64,000 nucleotides of DNA from Styela clava (lineage: Eukaryota). This document shows, one piece after another, positions 42,001-53,552 of the stretch. Each line of letters opens with the position of its first letter. Positions within the stretch are counted from its first letter, which is position 1. The position numbers and the translations under genes were made by a program. The notes under the pieces are model-generated. The model searched no databases. It saw nothing but the letters and a program-made list of their open reading frames with translations, and was not told where the DNA came from. The DNA lies in NCBI RefSeq assembly GCF_964204865.1, contig NC_135261.1:8742001-8806000 (forward strand), in the 5' to 3' direction.

Positions 42001-45000
42001 CTGAACTTTACCTCATTTTGAATAGAGAATGGCAACAAAAATCTCATTTAAATTCCAGGTAATGGTGCATATGAATGTGGTGCCTGTGTCTGCAAGCCTG
42101 ATTACTTGGGTTTGGATTGTTCATGTGACAAGAAAGATTTAACCAGCACAGAATCTTATCTGGATAATTGTACACAACCTGATTCGAAAGTCGTTTGCAG
42201 TGGAAGAGGAGAATGCATTTGTGGACAATGTATTTGCAAGTATGTAACATTGGTGACCTCATTTTTCCAATATAAAACACTTCCAGTATATACAAGCGGT
42301 ACCCAACCAGGGCCCAGTGGCTCCTCAAGGGGACCATAATGCTAATTGCTAGACGTAAAACTGATATTACCTTTTTCCTGACAAAAAACCTCTTTCTTTC
42401 TAGTTTCATTAGCTAAATAAGGTACAGGGTGTCCTCGGGTTACGACGGTCGCGACTTACAATGTTTCGAGGTTACAAACGCGCACTCCATAACGCTGTTT
42501 CGAGGTTACGAACGCGCTTTACGAACATATACAGATATGAAAGATAATACTGTACTGTAATATCTAAGCCTATAAACTGGATCATTGTGATCAAGAAAAT
42601 CAGTGCTCTGGGCTCATTGGTTTACGTTATATACATCGTAAATGAGGTGACCAATTGCGAACTATTCCGATTTTAAACGAATAATCACTAAGCTTCAGTC
42701 ACATGGTACAGTACAGTAGCCTACTGTACACAGTTCCAGTGATACTGTATGTCGTTTTGGTTGTTTAAGCCGTTTTTTTCGTAACTTGTTTGATCGTTTT
42801 TTTTACTTTTGCCCTTTGTTATGGACTCAAAGCAAAAAAAAGATGTTAAGATACTGTACAGTGTTTGCTTTTATTCACGTGATGTGGAATTGTTTTCTGT
42901 TTTTCTAATAAAGTTCTTATTTGCATTATTTGTACATTTTATTAGTGTACAGTACCTTACTTTACAATACAGTACGATGTGTATAGAGTAATTCATGCAC
43001 TGTACCACTGTACAGTATAATGTTCCGACTTACACTGAAATTCGGGTTACACTGAGTCTCAGGAACGGAACTGCGTCGTAAGTCGAGGACTCCCTGTAAT
43101 TTCACAGGTTGTTTTCACTTTGTTGAGCATGAATTGTTTGAACATGATTCAATCTGAAATCTAATCAATCAAAATAAATACCACTGGAAATATAAACAGG
43201 GGAGGGGGCCCAAGAGTGCTAAAAGCATCAGGAAGGGGCACACGGGCCATAAATGGTTGGGAACCACTGATATATATATAGTACAACATAGAGTTTGCCA
43301 CATATTGCAATTCTACATTTTATATACTTCATCTATTGGAAGTATTGGGTCTGACTCTATCCTCTGTTTTTCTGAGTTAAAATACAACTGGAAAGATTGC
43401 TGGCGACTCATATTATATGTGTACTAAGAGTTTCACTCAGAACAAGGCTATAGACAAGTCAATAGCCATGTGAAGATATTAGATTTGAAAGACAAATATT
43501 TTTTTCTTAACAATAAGTAATAACGAACTTATTTCGTTTTTTGTGATGTGATGGGCACAGGATAGTAACTGTACTTGTCTCGAAACTTTTGATGAGAACA
43601 TAATTTATCAAACATTTTTGCTATGAAATGACTTCTGAATTGGAATTTTGTATTTGTTACATTTAATTGAAAATTTGGATTTGAATTGATTATAATTAGG
43701 TAAGGAAATTAATTTCTCCAGTAAATTGGAAACCTGACTTCAAAAGGTATTTTATCTGGTTTGTTGAATTTTTCCACTGTTTGTTATCTTCATTTTTTTT
43801 TCTTATCAGGCAATCTCCTGAAAGAAAGATTGATGGTCAATACTGTCAGTGCGATAATACTTCATGTGATAGAATTGATGGAAAAGTTTGCAACGGTAAG
43901 GATATACATATACAGTTTTCAAGCATAAAATTTTTTTTATTATCTTGGACTGCAGTTTACCTGAACTTGGAAATGGTCATAATATTTTTAAGTCATGAAA
44001 AAAATTATATTGAAATCATATTGAAAAAAAAAGGAAAATCAATCGTATCAACGTAAAGAACTATTGTAAAAGTGTGTAGAGCTTATTTTGTTTACTGATT
44101 TCCCATTTTAAGAGTGCTTGGAATCTTTATTTATTCATCTTATCTTAACCAATACAGATTTAGTTGCTTAAAATGACGTGTTATTTTTATGTGAAATTCG
44201 CCATATATAACTAACTTAAAATCTGAACTCTTTCTGGACAAGTATATATAGTTTATATCTATAATTTCAAATAAAAATGTTTGTTTTCTTTTTCTAGGTC
44301 ATGGCACATGCGATTGTCGGGCTTGTGTCTGTGATGAGGGTTGGAGTGGCAAGGCATGTGAATGCACAGCTGATAAAAGTGGTTGTATTGATCAAAATTC
44401 ACCAGATAGTGGGTATTGTCACGGTGCTGGGAAATGTGAATGCGGAAAATGTACTTGCAATGTAACAAAATCTGGTTTCGAAGTGAGTTTAAGATTTAGG
44501 GGTATTTTTATAATCGGTATCAATAAAGCAAACCTATTTACACCTAAATTGCGTGCAACTCACTCAATGTGAAGCTAGTAAGATACTATTTATATTAGTT
44601 CCAAATCTATACTGTATTTGTCGATTTAGCATCAGTGAGATATTAGAATGGATTTTTTTGGAAAAATATCTGTAAAGAAAATTCAAGAGAAAAGGCAAAT
44701 TGTCAAAAATTTACAAAAACATAAAATATTTTATGTAAGAACTTAACTTATTGTCTCCAGATGTCAAAAATGGAAGAAGTCGCAAGAAGACTGTTATTAA
44801 CATTGTTTTCAAATCGTAGGGACCCAATATTGGAATGAAAAAAAATTTTGCGATTTTATTTTATGTAAAGGAGAACATCTTTTATATTGCATTGCTTGTT
44901 TTTTTTAATATAAAGATTCCCCCTAATATCTAAGATTGCAACAAGTTCGCTTTAATTATAAATAAAATAACTCTGAATTAATTTTTATTTTTCAGTATCG

Positions 45001-48000
45001 TGGGCAGTTTTGTGAGATTTCTCCGCAGCAGCTTTGTACTCTGCATAGGGAATGTGTGCAATGTTTGGCTTATGGAAACAGAAAAGAATTTGAAAAGAAC
45101 GCAACACTTTGCGACCATTGTAAACAATACAATATTACTTATGTAAGTATGGATTATTGGGGTTTACAAAAATATTAGTTTTTTATATGATAATAGAGGT
45201 TTGCATAGAGCCTCGTTACTGATAACACGACGTCATAGTGTGAAAACAGCTGGCAGTTTACTTGCAATTTTTGCTCTGAAGAAGCCTACTTAGAGGAAGC
45301 TGCCTTCATATTGTTAGCTTCCGCATTCCTGGAAGGATATAAATCCAGCATGGGCATTTTATTACATCATGGCTGGAGTAATGGATTTAACGAATTTTAG
45401 TTAAAACTAAAACGTTAATTTATAAAAGGATAAACAGTGGGCACATTTATCCCACAAATTCCCCTTTTAGGTCAACTAGATTCTTAAAATTTAGTCTGAA
45501 TGTCTTTTTCTGCATTTTTATATTCGTAATTATGACTATTGTATCATGAACTATTTTTTTTAAAATGTATCAATTTCTCGAAGGAAAGTTTCACTGCAGC
45601 ACCTCTACCACCTTTCTTTTCGAACAAGGCCCTGTAAAAGCATCTATTGATAGCTAATGATATAAAGAGCTGGTATTTGTGGACAGACCCTAATCTTCCC
45701 AGTTCAGCATAGCTAATCCAATTTATTGTACCTGGGTGAGGGGGGGGGGGGGGGCACGGGATTTGAACATAGTTTTGCCCAACATTTAACTAGGAAAGGA
45801 ACCAGGCTCGCTTACGACACACACTTAGTTTGTATTTTTCGTCCAGCGAAGATATTTTGTTTTACAGCTCAATGGTGGATCGAGTATGCATAGAGGCAGT
45901 TGTCAAGAAGTAGATGAATACAACGATTGTACTTTCTGGTTTTGGTACAACAAAGATGGAGATATAATTCAAATTGATACCGACCCGGATACACAAGGTT
46001 TGTGTCTCAAAATATATCCAAACTCTTTAATCCATATTAAATTTTTTCACTATTGGATTGAAAAGTATTAATTTAGACCAGTGGTTCATAAACTTTTTAA
46101 GCTGCGCCCCCATTTACAATTTATCAAGTCTCGCACCCCACCTAAAAAATAACTAGCTAACAATAAGCTTCAATTAACAGGTATGTTGATTTATTCAAAA
46201 GCTCGTTAAAAATACATGGATGGAACCTAAATAATAATAAAAAAAATTTAAATGTTAATATCAAAAATAAGCGGGCAAGATCAAATCTAACAAATATTTT
46301 TGTTGTTAATAAGCTTCACGCACCCTCAAAAAAGTCTACGCTTCACTTGTGGGGTTCACCCCACCATTTGGGAACCGCTGATTTAGAAAGAGCATTGTAG
46401 ATGACTTCAATGAAGGGCATATGCATAAATGATATGTTCGTACTATCTTAGATTCATCACATCACATTAGTATAAAAAATACACAATTGTTTCAAAAGCT
46501 CCTGTAATATTGTTTTAAACTGTTCTCAGTTATATTGACATGTTAGTGATTGGTACCTTATAAACTTCCTGGTTTAAATTTTCGAAATGATTTTCTTGAT
46601 ACAAAAGTCAAAATCCCCACGGCTTCCATTTGTATCCAGTTTTTGTATCACTGTCTATGAAAATGAATAATCAAGAAAATGAATGAAATAACTACAATAA
46701 TTATTTTTACAGATTCAAAAGAAATCATTTGATATGTAATGACTGATTTATTTTTCATATCGTTTATTTCATTTTTGTATTTTTTTTTTTAGAAAATTAT
46801 TTTATAATTTTAGCAAGTAGACTTTTTTTGTTTTATAATTTTATTCATTCTAGTTTTTGTACCATTATTCTTATTTTATTTTCTATTATAAATTATAATT
46901 TCAAACAGGCATAAAACTGTCATGAAATTTATTCGTTCTCTTATTTCCGTATGTTGGTTTAATAACAGTTTTATTTAATCGTTTTTAAATTTTATTTTTT
47001 ATTATTCGAAAAAACCTATTTATTTTTGGTTTTTAAAAAAAAGTAATGGTTGAGAAAACGGAATTTTATATTTTACGAAAAGTTTTTAACTGTAAATAAA
47101 TTGACAAGAAATTTTTATGCTGAGGGGCATCCTAATTGTATTAATCGTGTTCTTGCAGTTATTTAATTCAAGATCAGTATTCTAGAATTTACCTAATTTG
47201 CTACAGTAACATAACATATATTCTTGGTCCACACTGCATAAATTTGACCTGTATGGACAAACTTCACTTAAGAGGCAATATTTTGGAATTTTCCTTATTT
47301 ATCAGTATCTTATTTTTGAAATAGCAATTTTTTACTACTCTTTAAGCCCAAATATCTATTTAAATTTGACTAGTGTAAAAAACTGCATTCGACCAATTCA
47401 ACGACCAACATAGTTCAGCTGATAAATGATTTAAAATGTTCATTTATTTTATATTCAGTCTGTCCTGTCTATGCCAACCCTATGTACATTATCATTGGTA
47501 TAATAGCAGCCATTGTTGGTATTGGACTCGCTATTCTTCTGATATGGAAACTACTGACTTCTATCAAGGATGCAAGGGAATATAAACAATGGCAAAAGGA
47601 AGTTCAAGGAGCTAAATGGGAATCGGTATGTCATTTATTGCGCAATGCACTTGTCCCTTGTTGCCTATTTGTCCCACTCGTCACATGCGTCCCACTTGTC
47701 TAATGTGTTCCACACTGTCAAAAACTATGCAAAAACAGAGAGAGATTCTCAATTTCCTTCAAATCATTTGAAATTTGTAAATAAGACTTCAACACCAATA
47801 TTGATAAAACCATGATCAAACCAAACCATTTTTTGGCATTTCCACTTCAGTATTGCGGTTTAGGACTTTTCTTATCCCAGCCCCCCCTTTGAGCCAATAT
47901 TTAGAAAAGTAAAAATATGATATTTAAAATTTGTTTTCAGACAGAAATACAATGTCAAAAAATTACCAAACTTGTCATGCGAGTGATTCATGTTGAGCAA

Positions 48001-48578
48001 TTAACATCTTGTCATAGGTGACGCTCACAAACATTGTGATAAATGTCATAGTCATTAACTGTAGTGTAATAAGAACATTTCATATTATTTTTATGTTTGT
48101 GTTTATACGGCTCGGCGGTGTGGCGCATCATGCTAAGCGCTATTAATAAACTCTCTACCGCACCTCTGATTACCCTGCGTGAGTTCGCAGGTTTGAATCT
48201 CATGTGGGGTTAATTATATGCGAGATGAATCCTGGACTCCTCGCTGTCGTAGGGTGCTTTACGTAACTGCTGTTCGGTTACGGATTCCTCCACCATCAAG
48301 TTCATGCATCTGAAACAAGTCCTTGCTCACGAACTAATCCCATACCCGACATGGACTGGTAACCGGACGGAGGCTGTGGTTCGTCATATGATCTAATCGT
48401 TTTATCGCCTTTCCTCTCCCCGGGATGAATATATAAATCTTATCTCATCAAAAATGAATTATTATAGAATAAAACACCATTATTTATTTCTCAGGGCGGA
48501 AATCCCATTTTCCAGAGTGCAACATCCACGTTCCAGAATCCTACTTATAAAGGTGGGAAACCATCTTCACAATTGTGA
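30035..48578 (+). CDS. Integrin beta subunit (beta-1/beta-2-like), complete, 18 coding exons, 791 aa
   Basis: Exons 30035-30092, 30443-30525, 31445-31562, 32210-32299, 32975-33203, 34692-34872, 36954-37115, 37909-38004, 38535-38639, 39170-39283, 41039-41198, 42059-42239, 43810-43895, 44298-44482, 44996-45142, 45868-45997, 47459-47625, 48495-48578 (2376 nt, in phase). Contains a signal peptide, PSI domain ([13 protein letters not shown]), beta-I domain ([74 protein letters not shown]), four I-EGF repeats, TM ([23 protein letters not shown]) and tail NPIF/NPTY. Confidence 0.96.
30959..31389. mobile_element. hAT MITE
   Basis: TIR CAGGGGTTCCCAAAC / GTTTGGGAACCCCTG; perfect TSD ATTTAAAC. Confidence 0.92.
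34105..34655. mobile_element. DINE-1/HINE-like element (second family)
   Basis: 5' hairpin GGATCTCC..GGAGACC, (TCTG)n/(TTTG)n microsatellite, TTGGCCGATCTAGTGAAATTTT core, GC-rich 3' end GGGCGCCTACCGGCTTGT. Confidence 0.6.
35371..36622. mobile_element. hAT non-autonomous element (~1.25 kb)
   Basis: TIR CAGTGTTTCCCAACC / GGTTGGGAAACGCTG; perfect TSD TATTATAC; subterminal GAGTCCGCG repeats at both ends. Confidence 0.9.
37332..37537. mobile_element. Palindromic MITE with TTAGGG and AAGATGGCG motifs
   Basis: TIR GCTCCCGAAGTATGCGAACCAAG / CTTGGTTCGCATACTTCGGGAGC; relatives at 25062-25152, 39339-39553, 40370-40567, 49945-50038 and 51017-51130. Confidence 0.75.
41599..41925. repeat. Tandem duplication, ~170 bp x 2
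   Basis: CTAAATC.TTATT.TTGGGATTGTAAAA...TTGCCTTCAATTT...CATTGC.GTGG.CATAT repeated at ~41599 and ~41769. Confidence 0.85.
42293..43269. mobile_element. hAT MITE interrupted by a nested Tc1/mariner element
   Basis: Ends CAAGCGGTACCCAACC / GGTTGGGAACCACTG in TATATA-type flanks; contains 42425-43096. Confidence 0.7.
42425..43096. mobile_element. Tc1/mariner (pogo/Tigger-type) MITE
   Basis: TA|CAGGGTGTCCTCGGGTTACGAC ... GTCGTAAGTCGAGGACTCCCTG|TA: TA TSD and ~22-bp imperfect TIR. Confidence 0.88.
46079..46380. mobile_element. hAT MITE
   Basis: TIR CAGTGGTTC / GAACCGCTG; TSD ATTTAGAC / ATTTAGAA. Confidence 0.83.
48109..48445 (+). mobile_element. tRNA-derived SINE, near full length
   Basis: Head GGCTCGGCGGTGTGGCGCATCATGCTAAGCG (A-box-like) and GGTTTGAATC (B-box-like); body CCACCATCAAGT.CATGCATCTGAAA ... 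GGACTGGTAAC ... GTGGTTCG.CATATGAT shared with the 11648 copy. Confidence 0.75.
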
Positions 48579-51500
48579 GCATTCAATGATAAAACTATAA
48601 AAAATGAACTGACTTATACTCGATTATGCATGGTCCTTAGCAAATCCAGCTGAAAGGTTAATTTGGCCAAAGTCTTTGCTTTTTCAACGGTACCTGTGGA
48701 TGATTGATTCTCTGTTGGATGTTGATCTGTTGTATTTACGATCTTGCAAATCGAGAGACAACATCGCGAAACGCTTCTTCGGTACGCTTTTATATGTATT
48801 GCACTCTATTTTATTGGATGTTATCATATACTTAGCTTAATCATGTGCTTACCGAGGTTTAAGGTGCTACGTCATCTTGAAATTTTAAGTCTATCTGACC
48901 TACACAAAATTAATAATTTTTCAGTTGCAATTTATTTTTTAACATATTTTCCCCCTAACCTCTGTGTGAAATTTTATCTCGGCAGCTCGAGGTATTTTCT
49001 TGATGCTTCATGGTTGGCCGTACTAATTTGGATTTTCTAGGATGTTTGAAAGATTTATGACTGGCATTTTTTTTATTTTGGTTACATTCACTTAAATCTA
49101 TGTCTGATCATGCTCGATTCATTACAACTTAATATGAAATCCTAGTTGTAAGCTTACATCTTATGTTTTTTTTTTCTTTTTAAATGTTTGCATGTTACCA
49201 TGTTTGTTCTTGTAATACCAGTGGCGATGTATTTAGGGAAATGTAATTAACTACCACACAAAAAACCCATTTTAAATGTCTTGAGTACGAAAGGGCCTGT
49301 TAATTCTGCGTTTTTTCTGTTTAGTCCTTTTATGACATGCTTTTTACTTCGGGCTTCTTGAATAAAATTTGGATCAATATATCTAAATTAGTTTTTTGGT
49401 TCTTACAAATAAATAGCGTTATTTTTTTCATATAAATCTATATCGTACCCAGGGGTTGCCCCCCCCCCTTTTTTTCCTCACAACTCTTGAACGCGGACCC
49501 GCTAGCTCTTACAGTAGCCCCCTCCCTCCTTGAAAATTTCTGGCATCTGTCGCCATTTCCCAAGATTAGACGCTCCGTGCTACACTACAAATACTGCCTT
49601 TCCTTTTATGTATATATGTCTATTCGCTTAATATTTCGTTGCTTTTTGTAACAGGCCCGGCCTTATCCATATTCCAGTAACTCTATATTATATGTATGTC
49701 ACAGTTGTTCATCGTAGTGTTATATACTTTAACTCTTCTTTTTACTCTGCCAACTTTTCAAATAGCGGTGACTTGAATAATTTCTTTTACAGTTTTATTA
49801 TAATATGAACTGGAAATCTAGGGGAAGGGGCGCAGTTATGTCTTTCATCAATGCACATTTTGGATTCGCCACATGCTACTTCTGTATTTTAACTGTCATA
49901 CCAAATCTCCTTTTGATGATGCTAAAAAAATTTCGGTGCTCTAGAAGTATGCGCACCAAGATGTCACACAACCTGAATCCTAACCGGTACACGCATACTA
50001 TGTTCAGGTTATGCGCCATCTTGGTGCGCATACTTCTGGAAGTCCAAAATTTCTTTTTTGTTGCTTTTTATATGAACTAAGCCACATTTACCAATATAAG
50101 CTAATAATGAATGTCATTCCCCGCAAATAACCTTTAGTCTTATCGGCCTGAGCATTGGGATTGCTGTAATATGTGCAGTAGAAACGTAAAAGAATTTTTG
50201 CTAGACAGAGGCATGGAAAAGAATTAGCAAAATGATCAATGGCTTGTGGGCACTAGTTGGAAAAAGACCACAAAACGCCGAGATACCCGCGGGCATAACG
50301 CAGGCTGCACGCAACCAAAAATAGCAATGACCGTTAATTTGATGATAGATGACCTGGGGACAGAGCACGTTATTTTTACCTGACGGTTGAATAGTTATAG
50401 CGCCGTGCTATGCATAACCCTAGTAGGTTCTGTGAATGGAGAAATCGCGCATGAACAATGGGATATCAGTGGAATTGGTAATTTAGGCGTTACTCCGTCA
50501 ACTCGGTCAAGAGGTTTTCTCGAGCCACAATTTCTTTTTTATATACATCAAAAATCTCAATTGATGGTCCTTTTTGTGAAGTTGCCTGATATACTGGGCT
50601 AGCCTAATATTAGCCACCGGTAATAGCGGTTTGTTACGTATTTTGAATCAAAATGATAGTTAAATACTGGGTAAGACAATCGGTGAGCGCCAACTCGCGA
50701 AAACCACAATATTGGGATCGGATGGTCTAGTATAGAAAGAAACTTTCTGAGGTCGATCGTCAAGGGAATACACATTAGAATGATATGTAGGTTCAAGGGC
50801 CAGATTTCACACACCATTTTGGTGCTTGTGTTTCAAACGCCAGAGGAGTAAGCTACAGCGGCGATGGGTCCAGCAGTTCTTTCACACGTAATTATCCAAC
50901 ACTGGTTTAGAAACTTAGCACGATGCGCCGCCACACCGCTGAGTCAATTGATTAGTTTAAAATCGAATTGTAAACTGCCAACATACACACGTCGGTATCT
51001 CACAGGTTGCCGTGAGGGGACTCCCGTAGTGTGTGTACCAGGTTAGGCCATATTTTTATTCCGATTTTCCTCATTTTAGTCCTATTACGAGTTCGGGGAC
51101 TGTCTGTCTGACACTTCTGGGGCGACCCCCGTAGGTCGTTTTTCAAATTGCCAAGCTGTTTTGTGAATTATCGTGCTAAGCGTTCGGAATAAACTTGTCA
51201 TCGCATGGGTTCGTAAAGAATAATTAGGTACTGTACCTCTCTCTCGTCGCAGGGTGATCCGAATGATAACCGGACGAGATGAAATGCCTTGATACAACCC
51301 ACGATTAGGCCGTTTTATCGGCTCTCCACTCTTTCGAGATTTAAATGATATTTTATTATCCTTAGCTCAACCAGGCTTGACACTGCTGGCTTAGACTAGG
51401 TGTTATAGCCTACTAGTCAGCATTTATTATAGCAGTAGCCTAAAACTAAATGATATTTGGTGCGAATTAATCATACATAATCTCATCAGTTTATAATCGA

Positions 51501-52044
51501 ACAGTTTATTCAAACCATTCTTATTAGTTTTCATAAAACAGACGTGACAACTCATAAAACGTTATTAATTAACTGATATCATGCTTCTATTATAAGTAGT
51601 TTGCGAATTAAAATGAACTCGGTCTACTGTTGCGGATAGTAAATATGCTTTATTTCATTATGCCAGAGTAGACTAACACCAATATATGTAACGTTAGTCG
51701 GCAATGGCCATGATAATTGACTAAATCGGTGGAGTCGATTTACCTCAATTGTTTGTTGGAGTAACTCGTGTGATTGCTATTGATTTCACTGATATTTCAG
51801 AAAGATTATAGTCAGAAATAGTACAGAGAGTGGGGGGGGGGGGAGTGTTGTGACACGGTCTTCAATACTGTATCGATTAGTAGAGAGGTAAAGCAATGTT
51901 GCGTTAACAGCCTAAATTTTTCGCTTTCACTCGTATATCATGTTACTAAGATATCTTCTCTCTTTGAAGAAAGTCACGCTAAAATTAATATATATATATA
52001 TGATATAGCCAGAAGAATAATCTTTCGAACTTCTTCCAAAGTAA

Positions 52045-53331
52045 ATGAATATCAACTATAATAGTCAAGCAATGAATGGCACACACTGTAAACAATTGAC
52101 CAACGGTACCTCGTCTACTGCTCGGGATGTTGGATTCAACACTGAGTTGGCTGTAGAGAACCTCCGAAAATACCTTAGAATTAAAACGGATCATCCAGAC
52201 CCAGACTACGATAGTATAATAAATTTTCTGGACCTGTATGGGAAGGAATTACAGCTGGAGGTAAAGCATGTTCAAATAATGGAGAACCGAAAAGTGGTTG
52301 TAATGACACTATTTGGACGAAATCCCGACCTACCATCAGTTCTATTGAATTCCCACGTCGATGTTGGATCTGCAGTTTTGCAAAACTGGGCCCGTGATCC
52401 ATGGTCCGCTTATAAAGATGAAAAGGGCAACATATACGGAATGGGAATTCAAGACATGAAAAGCGTCAGTATCCAATACTTAGAAGCTGTTCGCGTGTTA
52501 AAAATATTACGTAATACCAGCTTCGAGCGGACTGTGCACTTGTCATTTGTACCGGACGAACAAATAAACAATGGGACTCTTGGTATGGCATTGTTCGTGC
52601 ACACTCCAGAATTTAAAGCAATGAATGTCGGTGTAGTAATAGACGAAGGATTAGCATGTCCCGATAATAAATATTATGTTTTCTACGGAGAAAGAAGTCC
52701 GTGGTGGGTTCATGTTAAATGTCGTGGTAATGCCGGGCATGCAGCCATGTTTATTGATGACACAGCTTGCGATAAGGTGCAAAAAGTCATTAAATCTTTC
52801 ACGGATTACCGCAACAAGGAGCAAAAACGGTTCAAAGGTAATCATTGTCAACGTTTGGGTGACTTTACTACTATAAATGTGACTGGCATTCATGGTGGAG
52901 TTCATTCAAACGCTGTACCCGACGAATTCACGGCTGCTTTTGATATTCGAATCCCGCCAACAGTCAATTTACATAAATTTGAAGAAAAAATTAAAACATG
53001 GTGCCACGAGGCGGGAGATGACGTAACATATGAATTTTTGAACAAGAATACAAACCAAAAAACAACCCCTACCGATAGCCTGTGGTGGAAGACGTTTGTA
53101 ACTACTCTTCGACAAAGAAACGTGGAGGTTTTACAAGAAATTTTCTGTGCATTCTCTGATGGGCGTTTTCTACGAGAAGCCGGATATCAAGTGATCGGTT
53201 TTAGTCCAATGCGAAACACAACCATGGTGATGTACGAAAGAGATGAATATCTTAACGAAAAAATATTTCTGGAGGGAATCGATGTTTATTGTGACTTGAT
53301 ACCTGCCTTGGCGAACTTGACATTTCAATAG
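52045..53331 (+). CDS. ACY1: Aminoacylase-1-like M20A metallopeptidase-family protein, intronless, 428 aa, with altered second metal site
   Basis: Single uninterrupted ORF. Motifs YLRIKTDHPDPDY, PSVLLNSHVDV, GNIYGMGIQDMKSVSIQYLEA, RTVHLSFVPDEQ, DEGLACP, VFYGERSPWW, GNAGHA, TTINVT..GGV..NAVP, FDIRIPP and GFSPMRNT are diagnostic of eukaryotic ACY1. Confidence 0.9.
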   Translation: MNINYNSQAMNGTHCKQLTNGTSSTARDVGFNTELAVENLRKYLRIKTDHPDPDYDSIINFLDLYGKELQLEVKHVQIMENRKVVVMTLFGRNPDLPSVLLNSHVDVGSAVLQNWARDPWSAYKDEKGNIYGMGIQDMKSVSIQYLEAVRVLKILRNTSFERTVHLSFVPDEQINNGTLGMALFVHTPEFKAMNVGVVIDEGLACPDNKYYVFYGERSPWWVHVKCRGNAGHAAMFIDDTACDKVQKVIKSFTDYRNKEQKRFKGNHCQRLGDFTTINVTGIHGGVHSNAVPDEFTAAFDIRIPPTVNLHKFEEKIKTWCHEAGDDVTYEFLNKNTNQKTTPTDSLWWKTFVTTLRQRNVEVLQEIFCAFSDGRFLREAGYQVIGFSPMRNTTMVMYERDEYLNEKIFLEGIDVYCDLIPALANLTFQ

Positions 53332-53552
53332 AATATGGAAATTTGATTACGCTTATATTTTAGATTGGAGGAAATTTTGCGAATTGCACCAACCCATAAT
53401 TGTCGCCATCTTATGTTGAATATTACTGTATATTGTTAATTATGATTAAATGTCGCCGTTACTGTAAACAATATTTTATAAAAAGTCAATATCAACAATA
53501 TATTATTATCATTTTCTGCTATTGTAATATATGTACATTCTATTACGCAATG

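Noticed and set aside
52045-53331. Bacterial horizontal transfer as the explanation for the intronless M20 ORF
   Set aside because: The motifs are eukaryotic ACY1-specific (QDMKSVSIQYLEA, VFYGERSPWW, GFSPMRNT) and the flanks carry host repeats.
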